This document shows, in pieces, positions 1 to 13,465 of a DNA stretch of 64,000 nt. Position 1 is the stretch's first letter. Every line of letters begins with the position of its first letter. Source of the stretch: Azolla caroliniana. Its lineage: Eukaryota > Plantae > Polypodiophyta. The position numbers and the translations under genes were made by a program. The notes below the pieces were generated by a model. The model saw only the letters and a program-made list of their open reading frames with translations, was not told the origin of the DNA and did no database searches. The DNA lies in contig JBHGNT010000002.1 of NCBI GenBank assembly GCA_043228905.1, positions 2,790,001-2,854,000 on the forward strand, written 5' to 3'.

Positions 1-33
1 GCACACAATTCCGACTACGAAGAGTATAGCACA

Positions 34-3000
34 ATGTACGGGAACAACTCCGACTACGAAGATCGTGGCGGAATGTATGCATGCAACTCCGACCGTGGCG
101 GAATGTTCATGATGAAACATAGATCAAACTCTATGTCGGCCTCTACCTCAACTAGTGCCCTCAATCCGGAGGACGTATGGTTTGTAGACTCCGGAGCCTC
201 AAACCATATGACATCCCATAAAGAATGGTTTCTCGAACTTCAAGAGCCGGAGCGACCTGGTTATGTCGAAACCGGAGATGACACTACGCACCCGATTCGG
301 CACATCGGCAATGTCCCGTTCGGCAAAAGAGGTAAGCAAACATACATTAAAAATGTCTTGCATGTTCCCACCATCACGAAGAATTTGGTCTCGGTCGGCC
401 AAATGGTTGAGCAAGGGATGCAAGTACGATTCGATCAAGAAGGGTGCTTCATCGAAAAAGAAGGCTGAATCATCGCACGCGGAAGAAGAGAGGGCCGGAT
501 GTTCATTCTCGATTCGCACGAGATGAAATCCGCCATGTTCACGAAAAGCACGAAAGCCGACTCCGACATAGAGCTATGGCATAAGCGAATCGGCCACATC
601 AATCTCAACAAACTCAAAGCAATGAAATCGAAAGGAATCGTCATCGGACTCCTGACATTCAAAGAGAAGGAGATTGAAGGTGTATGCGAAGCGTGCCAAT
701 TCGGCAAGCAACACCGACACCCATTTCCGAAGGAGCGGAACGTGAGGAAAGGTGTACTCGACGTAATTCATTCCGATGTATGGGGTTCGGCTCAAACGGC
801 GACATTCGGCGAATGCCGATATTACGTGCTCTTCATCGATGACTTTTCTAGGCACACTTGGATCTATCCGATGCGGCAAAAGAGCGAAGTGTTCGGACAC
901 TTCCAAAAATTCAAGAATGGAGTCAAGAAAGCCACGGGCCGACATGTACGTTGTCTTCGATCGGATGGCGGCAAGGAGTACTTCTCGGACGATTTCACGG
1001 CGTATCTCCAAAAGGAAGGAATTCGGCGAGAATTCACTTGCCAACACACTCCGCAACAAAACAGAGTAGCCAAGCACAAAAATCGGCACATCCTCGAAGT
1101 AGCGCGGGCCATGATGAACGAGAAGAATATGCCCAAGTCATATTGGGCCGAAGCTGCAAATACGGTCGTCTACCTAATGAACCGGTGCACAACATCCGGC
1201 GTGCACGAGGTCACTCTGCACGAAAAATACTTCAGAAAGAAGCCGGACTTATCGCACATCCGGATATTTGGCGTGATAGCGTACGTGCACATCCCTGACG
1301 AGAAGCGTCAAAAGCTTGACCGAAAGTCGGAGAAATGTATCCTCGTAGGATACTCACTTGAACAAAAGGGGTACAAGTGCTACAACCCCTCAACTCAAAA
1401 ATCTCGAGTAAGTCGAGACGTCGTTTTTGACGAGTCTGCATCCTGGTACGCACCAGAGACAACTTCGCCTCCGACTCCGCTCGACCCGGAATCTGCCGAA
1501 CAAGAGATCGAGGATGAAGATCGCCCTACGCGCATGATCGAAGAAAGTCCGATCACGACCCGACTAAGCGGACCACAAGAGCCTTTGAGCGATCAAAACA
1601 CATCACGGCCTAGCCCGAAGATGGACAAAGGCAAGGCGAAAATGGCAGAATATGAAGACAATGCTTCGACGACGATGAATCGACTCACTCACTCGACAGT
1701 GAGTTCGGCAGTTTCGAGGTACCAATCAGAGCCAAGAAAGCCCTCATCTCGGCAAATGAAAAGCTCCGCCGATCCACTCGTGAAAAGATCCCCGTAAGCC
1801 GATTCGGCTACAACGATTATATGGCGTACCATTACGCCTTTATGATGAAGGTAGCGACAGTACGGGAGCCGGAAACCTTTTTGGAAGCCGCGAAGGACCC
1901 GCGATGGATCGAAGCAATGAACGAGGAGATGCAGGCACTACGGAAGAACAAGACGTGGGATCTCGTTCCCACCTCATCACACAAAAAGGCGATTGGATGA
2001 AGATGGATCTACAAGGTGAAGTATAACGCTGATGGCTCCGTAAACCGCTACAAAGCTCGACTCGTAGCGAAAGGATACGCTCAGACACATGGCGTCGACT
2101 ACGAAGAGACCTTCGCCCCGGTGGCAAAGATGACGACAGTGCGGACCGTAATTGCGATTGCTGCGGCGAAAGGGTGGCACCTCCATCAAAATGGACGTCA
2201 AGAACGCCTTTCTACAAGGCGAATTAGAAGAGCATGTGTACATGATCCAACCACCCGGCTTCAACTCGAGCAGTCATCCAAAAGCCGTATGCCGACTCAA
2301 GAAGCCACTCTACGGCCTCAAGCAAGCACCGTGTGCTTGGCATTCGAAGATAACGTAATATCTTTATCAAATTGGCTTCCGTATGTCAAAATCAGACAAC
2401 TCCCTCTACATACGAAGCGATTTCGCAAGTCCGATCGTCATCATCTTATATGTGGATGACCTAGTCATTGGAGGTGAGCATCTCGCCGAAATCACTAAGG
2501 TCAAATCTCTCCTTTCCGACAAGTTTGAGATGACGGACATGAAGGAGCTCCACTACTTCCTCGGCATCGAGGTAATTTGGACTCCGGCCGGAATCATGAT
2601 CTCTCAACGGCACTACATCCTCAACTTGTTATACAAGTTCGGGATGGCTGAGTGCAAATCCATGGCAACCCCGCTCGATCGTAATCTCAAACTAGATGCG
2701 AACTCCGGCACCAAAGCGTGTGACCCAACTCAGTATCGGCAACTCATCGGGAGTCTCATCTACCTCACGATCACACGACCCGATCTCAGTTATCCGGTCG
2801 GTCTCCTAAGCCAATTCATGCAAACACCGCGTGATACTCACTTGGATTGCGCTAAGCGAGTTCTACGCTTCGTGAGCGGCACAATGGATTGCGGCATCCT
2901 CTACAAGACCGCGCTGCCAATACGACTCGAGGGGTACACAGACGCCGATTGGGCCGGCTACAAAGCCGATAGAAGATCAACCTCCGAATTTGTTTTCTCC

Positions 3001-3435
3001 CTCGGCAGCGGAGCAATATCCTGGAGTAGCAAGAAGCAGCCTACCGTCGCTCTTTCGAGTACGGAGGCGGAATATAGGGGCGCAGTCGTAGCTGCATGTG
3101 AAGCCGTATGGCTTAAGAGGATTTTGAAGGATTTGGGCGTTCCCATCAAGGATCCTACTCCCCTTTACTACAACAACATGAGCAGTATTTATCTGGTTCG
3201 AAACCCGGTGTTCCACGCGCGGACAAAGCACATCGAAGTGCACTATCACTTCATCCGAGAGCGCGTTCTAGTTGGCGATGTCGACCTACAACACATTAGC
3301 ACCAATCTTCAAACGGCTGACATCGTCACTAAAGCCTTAGGAGCCGACAAGCTATGGCAATTCATGACCGATCTCGGATTGACGATCCCTAACCTGCCAA
3401 GCTTGAGGGGGAGTACTGAAGACACTAGGCAATAA
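34..3435 (+). pseudogene. Disrupted copia pol (protease-integrase-RT-RNase H)
   Basis: ORF pieces 34..468, 499..1797, 2016..2459/2152..2358 and 2383..3435 carry consecutive copia pol motifs. Confidence 0.93.
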
Positions 3436-3715
3436 CGCGTAGATTCCGCAATCGCGCACTACGCAATAATGTGTGGATTCCGCAACCATGCAACAAAGCC
3501 GCGAAGAAAGACGCAAGCCGAAGCACAAACTTCGCAACTACGCACGCAAGCCGAAGCACTAACTTCGTAACTACGCACAATGCAAGCTAGAGCACGGATT
3601 CCGCAACTCCGCATACATGCGAGTTGACACGAGTTGACACAGACTCCAGAACGCGAGTTGAAGCGGATTTCGGATACAGTCTGAAACCAACCCGACTTGA
3701 GCTTGAGGGTTGAAT

Positions 3716-4098
3716 TGTTGAGAATCAAGATCAACTTGGTCTAGTGTGTGAACTCACCTTGAGAGTGAAGAGACACTCCAACGGTCAAGAGTCACCATTA
3801 TGTCACCACTTTGTATTCTAGCATTTAGTATGAGTCATAGAATCATATTCTATGACACATAACTTATGAGCTTTCACATTCCCCATGCTCCATGAGGCTT
3901 GTAGTTAATGAAAAGAGAGGGTGACTACATAAAGCACCCTCCTCCCACCTCGTATCATGTTGTGTCTTTCTCCTTTGTCAATATACTTTTACATTGCGTA
4001 TTCCTTGTCTCTCTCTCACACACTCTCTCTCTCTCTCATACACACACATAACTCATATCTCTTCCGCTTCACAAGAATCCATCTCTTGATTCTTTACA
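3716..4098 (+). repeat. 3' LTR of the degenerate copia element (383 bp)
   Basis: Begins TGTTGAGAATCAAG and ends CTTGATTCTTTACA (imperfect terminal inverted repeat, TG..CA). Preceded by PPT-like GAGCTTGAGGG; LINE sequence resumes at 4099. Confidence 0.8.
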
Positions 4099-6090
4099 TG
4101 AATCAACACATTCCAAGCAACTTTGGCTACTGTAGGAGAGCCATGTTTTCCCCCCCAGAGGAAATTACGGATCAAGCTTTGCACTTTTGTTATTGTTGAT
4201 CTAGAAAATAGCCACACAGATGCTATAAACCACATTGAGGCCAATAGTATTGTGTTTGCTACTACAATCCAACCCGCAAAAGACAATTGTTGGGCATCCC
4301 AATACAGTAATTTATGTTTTATTAATAATAATAACGGAGATAGCATTGCTTCTGGCCTTAAATCTATTCCAACCATACATCCCAAATATCGAATTGGCTC
4401 ACCACGATAAAGCCATCGGAAAGCAGGACTTGAATACCACTTAGGATGAGTTTCTGCACCCATCCAAAGGCCAACCGACTTATTCCAGTTAAGTGATGCA
4501 CCTGTAGCATTTGAGAAAACCTGCAAAGCATTTTGTACTCGACCGAGAATACAAATCTCCTCGTCAACATAGAGGGTTGTATCATCTACAAACTCAACAT
4601 CCACTATAATGGACTATGTAATAGGTAATACTATGCCTTTGATACCAGCAGTTGATGATCTTAGGTAGGAGGACAAGGCTTCCCCAAACAAGATAAAAAG
4701 AAATGGGGCAAGAGGGCATCCTTGCCTACCAGACTTGGAGATAGGAAATAGCGTCTCGTATTCTCCTGCAAACAAAACTAAACTAGAAGCATCCCTGTAA
4801 AGGGATGAAACACCTTTTATCCATGTGGCAGGAAAACCCAATCTTGGCAGCATTGCCTCAAGAAAGTCCCAATCCACTTTATCATATGCCTTTTCAAAGT
4901 CAAGCAATAATACTGCAAGTTGCTGTTTATGTTTCTGAGCTAATGCAACCATTTCCCAGAACAAAAAGATATTATCAAAAATACTTCGATCTTGTTGAAA
5001 GCCAGATTGTGTGTCATGAATAATAGACGGCAGTACCGGTCGTAGTCTAACTGCAAAGTTTTTGCCATAATCTTATACACAATATTAAGCAATGTTATTG
5101 GCTGCCACTTGGAGACTTCATCACATGGAGCATCCGATTTAGGAATCATATATATGATTCCTTCTGTCCATTCCACTGGCATATTACCCATTGAGAATAT
5201 TAAATTAACTGCTCTAGTAAGGAGAGGACCAAGAAAATCCCAATAATTGTTGTAATGTTGCAAGAGCACGACACAGGTTAGCAATCTCTGAATTGCAGTG
5301 ATAAATAGATGTTGAAACTATTTTTGTGAATAGAATCTTTGTATCAAGTATGGCATGAGCCATATTGCTAAGCAAATAGTCATCCGAGAAATTGTAATTT
5401 AACCATATTTGAGTGATTGACATCCAATGATTATCATCAGATAACAATGCATGAGGGATGCGCCTCGAGTATTGCCTCTTAGTAAATGTAACATGTAACT
5501 TCAGAGGGTTGTGGTCAGAGATAGATGATCCCGGAATAATTCCTATGGATCCACCTACGTCCCAAAAAACACTATTAGCATAAAATCTATCTAGTAGAGA
5601 CAAATTTGTAGCAACCAAACTTCCAACACTTAGTTTCCCATCCTGAAATTGTAGTAGTTACACCTCCCATTCTATCAGCAACGTCCTCGATTATATTAAA
5701 GTCGCCTCCCACCAACCAACAATCCGCTAACCTCGCAAAATCAGAAAGAAATAGCCATAACTTTGCCCTTTCTGCCGCAAAATTAGGGGCATAGAGATTC
5801 ATAAGGCCAACCTTTTGGGATCTTATTTTTACAATAAGGAATTGTGCCCGTTTCTTCATAATAGTAGCAGCTGACACAATGATAGATTGTAAATATTGTT
5901 TAATAGCAATGCATAATCTAGCCTGTCGGCCAGTGGGGCCAAAGGCAGGAATCCAAAAATGAGTCCACCGTCCTAGTAAAATAGATCCATACTTCCGAAT
6001 CCTATTCATGCATAAGTGATGCTCTTGTAAAAAAAGAATCCTATCGTCCATTAGCTTTTCATTGCACACCTTACATATCATCATACTTTG
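4099..6090 (-). mobile_element. Decayed L1-type LINE ORF2 (endonuclease + RT), interrupted by the copia element
   Basis: APE motifs LQEHHL, NLYAPN, GGDFN, LDRFY, SDHNP; RT motifs WQPITLLN, LLDFEKAYDKVDW, QGCPLAP, FVDDT; post-RT IRNFLWGG..KVAW. Several frameshifts. Confidence 0.9.
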
Positions 6091-8329
6091 GTGAGGATGC
6101 TACCTCAGCATACAACTTGTGTGAGATTTCAAAGAAGTCTTAAGGCTCTTCAAGAGCTAAGGCTCATGGGGTTAGTATGATGTGGTTGGATACGTTTTGG
6201 CCTTTTTACCTTTCTTGGGGGTCAATGTTGAGGGTTGAACATTTGCAATGTTATATTCCAACGTTGAAATTTTCGCATCACATCACTTCGTCCCTATGGC
6301 CACTAGTAATCTATGCCCAATTATCACATACTTCATAGCTCTAATATATCTTTTACTTCCCATCTTTTAAACTATTTCATAATGTCCAACACCGAGCAAC
6401 AAAATCAATTTGCTCTCAGTAGTTCTTTGTGCCGTGCATTCTATGTCCCAAGCCTCTTTTGGCAATCTATGATCCGTATCTTCTTGACTTTTGTGATTTA
6501 CTAGTATATTATTTTCATGGGTAGCACATCTATGGGCCTAGCATATGTTTCTAATAGCATGGTAGTATATAATGTTGAGGGTTTAACTCCAAATTTTCTA
6601 CATAATAACAAATTTTGAATTCCCCTATTTCATTCCATGCACTAAGTGAGATAATGCCACCCCATACTTCCATTGCATAAAGCAACACTTGTACCACCAT
6701 ATCATTGAATAACATCAATCTCAATTCCCATTCTCGAGTATCACTTTGGTTTCATTGATTCTCAAACATATAATAATTATTCCAACCTTGTTCAAGCCAT
6801 ATGACCCAATAGGCCACATATTATATAATAAAGTCTGAAGAATATATACTTTGCCATGTTTAAAATATCTCTAAATCCCTCATCCCACTCCAAATCAGTA
6901 CCTTCATGATTAACCAATTCTACACACTTTCTTCTCTTGTATGGAATGGCAAACCACAAATGCCGAATTAACTCGATAAGAAAAAGACAAAATGAGACAA
7001 CTCAAAAAATAGTTAGTTCGAGACTATCTAAAATGGGTATTCTTAGCCACTTTTAGAAATATAGTTTCACATTTAATTGGGTTTGATAAATTTAAATAAT
7101 AACAAAGCTAATGCCAAAATATAACCAGGATTCACAAAGGTTAGGAGATAATAACAAGAATTGAGGAATCAAGAATTTTCCACCCAAATGTTAATTCATT
7201 ATGACAATACAAGAAATTTTACCAATCCTATAATCTGAAAAACGTTGAGATTTTTTCTAGTTTACTTTCACTTTATAATTGGTGTTTCTATTGTACAGCT
7301 TCTCACGCTATTTAATGATTTCTTGAACAAATTTCCACATTTGCAGTCTTTGAATATTATTCAAACCATACCAATAAACACAAAGGGAGCAAAAAATTGT
7401 ATCTTTAACAGAACAAGCTCACTCTATACCCTAAGTATTGGCCAATGTAGTTCAAAATCCACCATATAATCTAGTATCAACTTGGTTCCAAACCTCAAAC
7501 CTCAAGAAAATAAACAATGGTAAAAAATGTCGGCATTATCAGTTTCTTCACCTGGTAAGTGACCTCAAGCATCCATGCATCTTGTTTCATAACAATGTTA
7601 ACAGCCTCAAGTGATGGGTAGATTCTCACATTAACATACAACTGAAATTACTCAACCATATGAGAAAACAAAAGCTTGAACCACATGGAAGTTACAGCCC
7701 CTACAACAGAAGAAACTGGTGAGAATGAATTATTCATAACTTAAGGATGTACATGAATTTTTACACTCGGCCCTGCAGGACCTTTTATTATCAATGCACA
7801 CACAATTGTTATATTTGGACTTCGCATAGAAGACAAATCTGAGCATGCTTTATTTCTTTTAGAAGTTTTTTACAAACATATACTCTTATGATTTGCAGAG
7901 AACTCCAATGAGCATAAAAAAACACATTGCTCATTTTCATTCACAGCAAACAGTCTTAGTTCATACATAAACTCTCCATTGAATTTTGATATGGGAAAAA
8001 AGCCCAAATGACAATCGGACACCAAACCCCTTAGTAGATGGTCAGTTCAACCATCCAATACATATATAGAGAATATATATTACAAGTTCATATAAGCATA
8101 AACATATAAACAATTGAGAACCTCCCCTACAGTCTAGAATGATGGCTGAACAGCATTATGAAAACATGGTGGGAGCTTACTACACATGCAGATAATTGAA
8201 TTGCTCTAATTCCAGGCAAAACTCATGGATACTTAGTAAGGAATTTTATTAATGGGCTGAAAATTGCTTTAAACATTCTAGAGATATGGGGACTCTGACC
8301 CTCTCCGTGTCTGAAAATAGAGATTTGCA

Positions 8330-11300
8330 TTAAAAGACTTCCCAGGTGGTGCTGATTGTAGCTGGAGCCGAAGACGGGTGGTTATCACCTGAATCGAATG
8401 TTTCCCAGTTGGTGGTTATCACAACCGCGTCATTGCATATGTAGTTCCTATTGCGTATCTTAATGTTCTCCAAATGCTCGCTGATGCTCTGTACTCTTCG
8501 AGCCTGGTATTAGTATAGAGCAGAAAACGTCAATTAATATAAACCTGCCTTTATAACCATTTTCATTAGTTTATGTTATGAGAAAACTACTCTCAAGTAG
8601 ACTCCAGGGTCTACATGACCTTTTAAATATCTAGATTACATAATAGGGAAGAGCAAGGTTAGATAGAATGTGTAGACAGGGATAGGTGATATCAACTTTT
8701 TAAAACGGGAAATATAAAAAGTATCTAAAATGAGCAATTTGACAAGCTTACTAAACCATATATTCACTTATGCTCTATATATACACAAATCTTGCATATT
8801 GCATGAATAGGCTACTATAGCTTTCACAAGCGGCAAGTAGTAAACAGGTGCTAGTAAAGAGCATGTCATCTCAAAAATAGTCTGTCCTAATGTCATAAAG
8901 CAATTAATAAAGGGGAAGATTATGTGGAACGAATATACACTTATTAAATAAGAATAATTTGGGAGTACATAACTACATTCATGCAAGATACTTAATGAGA
9001 TGGAGATGACTATACAAAACATTTAGCAAGGAATAATTTGGAATGGGACAAGTTGAAATATATAATTGCTCTTTCAGGGATTGACCAATTGCAGTTAGGG
9101 AAATAATGATAAGTTGAGGAAATGTGGAAATACTCAAACATATTTCAGAGTTTTTTCCAAGATTTTAAACTTCATTTCTGTTACTATTCTTTTTTCCAAT
9201 GGTGTTTCAATTCTTTTGTGTACTTGCCACAATGTTGTTGTGATGAATTAAAGTATCAGCAAGGGCAAGACTAGCGATTCTCATGGCTGTAGAATCCAGA
9301 TCTTTGGTTATTATCTCTGTTCATTTTACCAAATTTCTGAAGTTCACTCATGAAGACTCACATTTGCCATGTGGAGAAGTTATTCCCAAAAATTTCTCTC
9401 CATTAAAATGAACTCATTACAGTAGATAATGGATATGTATTATGTTTGTTAGAGAGTTGCGCACCATGTTTAGAAATACTAATGATTCTGGATAACTAAC
9501 TGCTATTAGTAAGTGCAGATGAGGAAAAACGTGTACTATTTTGATGTATGATACAAAGAGCCTCTGTTTCATACAAATGCCAGTGAGGAGACTAAGAGAT
9601 ATCTCCATGTGGGATATATACAAACAAAATCATATAACAATGGACTGTAAGTCCTTCAATGTGCAACTCGTAACTCTTTGCTGGCTTAGAACTCCAGGAC
9701 TACCTATAGTTTTTCCTCCTTTGTTCCCATACTCCACTATTCCAGGTTCTTGTTGTTGCTGCTTTTGTCCATGGGTTCTAAATCTAAAGGGTATTTACGT
9801 TTTATGTGTGTTAATATCTCATCTGAATATAAATGTTTTTGTACAGAACTCTACAAAACAATTCCCACGCTTCCAACCAACCTAGTTTAGATACTCACTT
9901 GGGACCAGCTGCATCTACTGAAATTCAAGAAGAGATTAAGCTGAAATTCCTGTTATACATCTCAGACCGCTTCATTATGGCCTTCGGCTAGAGATGTACC
10001 ACACATAGTAAGAAATATTTATCTCAACAGAAGTATGCAGATGAAATCCTCCACTTATTCAGTATGCTGGATTGCATGGTGACACACACTCCATAACGTA
10101 GGTGAATCTTATGCTGAAACTGAAGATGAAGCCATTAATCTGAACTGCTATGTGGCAGGACCAAAGCAAATTTATTGGAAGGCGGTCTTGTGGGTGCCAA
10201 GTTTCTGGGTTGTGAAGCAGTGTAACTTCAATCAAGTTTGGAAGAAATATGAATTTCCATGTAGCTGAGAGCTTTTCACTAAGTTCCTGAAATCAGGAAC
10301 ATTCTCAAGCTAATGGGGAGTGGATCATGCCAAGAAGGTTGGAAGCATAATTAATGAAGGGATTAGGAACAAGCTCTCCCAAAAACCAATATCATTGGTG
10401 GATGTGTTTCTTCCTTGAGGTTTTCTGACAGAAAAAATCATTAACCTCTTGCAGAAAAGCAAGGTTTATATCAACTGCACATAAAAGTCCAAACAGCCTA
10501 ACCATATGCCTAATTTTGAAGAATGTCTAAAGTGTCTGAGGATGTGGCTAGCATATCTAATCTACAGATCGGGTTATTCAAGGAGGTTGATATTGGATCA
10601 CAGTATATGGAACAGGACTTGAAAAACGGCGGGCATGCAATTGAGATATACAAAGCATGGAGCAAAGTCCAGTCTCTTAGATTTGCTCCAACTTCCCACG
10701 AATCAGAAATATAATTCCACAATTGTGGACTCCCAAATTCCATTAACTACTATCACCCAGTGTACCTTTATCTTTATCAGATAAAATTGATAAACGAATA
10801 AAACTAACTTGATCTAAAAGAACACTTATAAAGGACGGACAAGAAACATGAACCAAATAGTGAAACATTGTGATCCTTACAATTCCATGTGGATCACATT
10901 ATTTTGACCCAAGCAAAGTGACCTAAAGTCTTGTGCTGATGCCGCAAAATAATCACATAATTTATTTCAAGGAGTTCTATATGTCATGGATACGTGGACT
11001 ATAGGTCCTAAGCTTTGCCAGAAAGTTAATTTGCAAGAACTAAAATTATCCATATTTATCATATTTTTGGATAGCATATGAATCTTTAGTTAGTTCAATA
11101 ACAGTTGTCCTCTTTGATGCTAATAAGTACAATGCCAGCATATGAAGTGTTCAAACTCACCCTAGTATTGAAAGTTTGACGGTTCCCAGGAATAATAAAA
11201 TCATCAAATTTGTGGAATGATATATCTACCAAAAACTCACTTTGACTCACCTCAATCCTTCTTTGAACCTTAGCTTCTCCTTCAGCATGAATTCTATCTA

Positions 11301-12137
11301 ATTCTGTCAAGTGTTGCATCAAAACTTCTGCAAGCATTTTAAAATCATGATCTGGAACTTTGCCTCCATTACTAACAATTGCATCTAAAGCAGATATCTG
11401 CAATCAAATAACATGGGCTTGAGAAATCTGTAATCATACAAGGAACAATATTCATATTCATAATGCCACATGTGTTGTTACCTGCCCCGCAAGTTTATCA
11501 ACTTCGCTTTGTATGAGTGCTATTGCCTGGCAAGCATTGCCAACATTGTTATCCCTCTTCATTTCTTCTAGCTTCTTCTCTTTGCTTGCAGGGTCCTCGA
11601 CAAGAATCACTTTTGACATGTCCTTTACTCCAGCGATGTGCAGGAATTCATTGCTGTCTTTCTCTTTTCCTTGAAAGATAAGGCGTTGCTCATGGGGCTG
11701 TAATCCAACCTCTTGTGCCAACAGCCACTTGAGATCCCCTGTCATATGCAAAAATAAACACACTCATTTTCAGATCATAATACCAGAGAAGCTATTCCAT
11801 ATGTGTGTGTGCATATTAGTATGTGGTAATAAAGCAAAGGCAATGAGGTACCAAAAGTTGCATATGCCGGAATTGTGATATCATGTTGGTAATGACCATG
11901 CGATATTCTCACTTTGATCAGGGGACCCGAAGATGGAGAAACATCGACACAAGTACCCACCCTCCTCTTTTGAACCAGCATGCCACCAGGCCTTAGCTCC
12001 CACTCGATTGCTTCCACATCCTCAGTATTGCAATCCCGTGGAGCCGATAGCTTCCCCTTGCTTGCATCCAAAACACGCTTCTTCTCTACATTGGACCTCG
12101 ATAAGGACTTCTTGCTGAAGAATCTGGATAGTTTCAT
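8330..12137 (-). CDS. BAG: BAG family molecular chaperone regulator (ubiquitin-like + BAG domain), 287 aa
   Basis: Exons 12137-11852, 11738-11482, 11397-11251 and 8503-8330, all GT-AG and in frame (864 nt). Motifs WELRPGGMLVQKR, UBL QRLIFQGKEKDSNEFLHIAGVKDMSK, BAG helix LDRIHAEGEAKVQRRIEARRVQ, C-terminal VITTNWETFD. Confidence 0.93.
9900..10750 (+). mobile_element. Probable ancient LINE ORF2 relic in BAG intron 3
   Basis: Stop-riddled fragments (e.g. IYKAWSKVQSLRFAP) loosely resemble the post-RT region of the LINEs in this window. Similarity judged by eye only. Confidence 0.3.
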
Positions 12138-12589
12138 GGGCACCAACCAAATGCGCGTGCACACAGTCCTTGGGAACAGGAAAATCAAGAAGGATCTTCC
12201 GACGAAAAACTTCCAAGAAGGTCTAGAATTTTGGGTCCGAGTGAGAGATGAAACGAATTGACCGATACAGTTGTGGGCTGTGACAATTAGTAAAGGTTCG
12301 AGTATTGTGTGTATCCAGTGAGGAGCCTGAAAAAAGGGAGGTGATGATGATACCCAAATAATCCCCTGTGCAATTGAGGAAGAATATATTGGAATGTAGT
12401 GCTATTGAAATAATCTACCAAAAAATCAAGTAGTGGGCGAATTGACAAGTTTGCAAAACAAACATAGGCAAACAGAGGAAAACACACACACACACAGAGA
12501 GAATGGTATATATATATGATCAGAGAAGAAGATACCTGTGTGTCTGTGTGTTGGATGGAATGGAATGGAAAGCTTTTCCTTTACTTCTC

Positions 12590-12625
12590 TTCTGCTTCTG
12601 CTTCTGCTTCTGCTTCTGCTTCTCC
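12590..12625. repeat. (CTTCTG)n microsatellite upstream of the BAG start codon
   Basis: Direct reading: about 5 tandem CTTCTG units. Confidence 0.85.
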
Positions 12626-12759
12626 TTCCCCTTCTTCTCTTTCCTGTTTTCTGCTTTTTTCTCCTTTGCAGTTCCTTTTGGGGTGTCCATATGAACAGAA
12701 TGAGAGCAAAAGCAGATTCCCACAGGGAACAAAAACAAAGGAGGCACACACATACACAC

Positions 12760-13465
12760 AGAAAATAATAATATTATTATTATTAAAATTAAAAAGAATA
12801 ATCATAATAACAATTATTATTAATTATAAAATGAAACAAAATTATAATATAGAGAAAGTTCAAGTACACACACAAAAATAATACTATTAAAATTAAAATT
12901 AAAATGAATAATAATAATAATAAAATTAATCGTTAATATAATAATGATTATTGTTATTATTAATTATAAAATGCAACAAATTTATAATATAGAAGAAGTT
13001 CAAGTACACACAGAAAAATAATATTATTAAAAATAAAAATAAAATGAATAATAATAATAAATGAAAATATATATAAATACAGAAGAAGCGCACGCAAAAA
13101 ATAATAAAATTGAAATAAAAAATAAAATATCGAATAAAGGCACACACCAAAAAAAGTGAATAATAATAAAATGAAAACAAAATTAAATAAAGTATAGAAG
13201 AAGCACATACAAAAATAATAATAAAATGAGGAATAAAATAAAATATAGAAATAATAAAATTAAAATTAATGATAAAATGAAATATATATATATATATAGA
13301 AGAAGCACACACAAAAATAATAATAATAAAATGAAAAAAAAAAGTATAGAAGAAGTGAAGAAGCACACAACAAAAATAATCAAATTAAAATGAAAAAAAA
13401 TAAAGTACATAGAAGAAGCACATACAAAAATAATCAAATTAAAATGAAAAATAAAATGAATCATA
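12760..13465. repeat. AT-rich degenerate minisatellite (roughly 60-bp unit)
   Basis: Recurrent ATAGAAGAAGCACA(C/T)ACAAAAATAAT..AAAATGAAA units, about 8-10 copies. Confidence 0.8.

Larger units (their letters stand above)
1..4098 (+). mobile_element. Degenerate Ty1/copia LTR retrotransposon (5' part outside the window)
   Basis: Domain order PR (WFVDSGASNHMT), INT (WHKRIGH..CEAC, IHSDVWG, LRSDGGKEY), RT ([24 protein letters not shown]), RNase H (TDADWAG, KHIEVHYHF). Premature stops at 466-468 and 2356-2358; frameshifts near 1665 and 2190. 3' LTR at 3716-4098. Confidence 0.95.
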
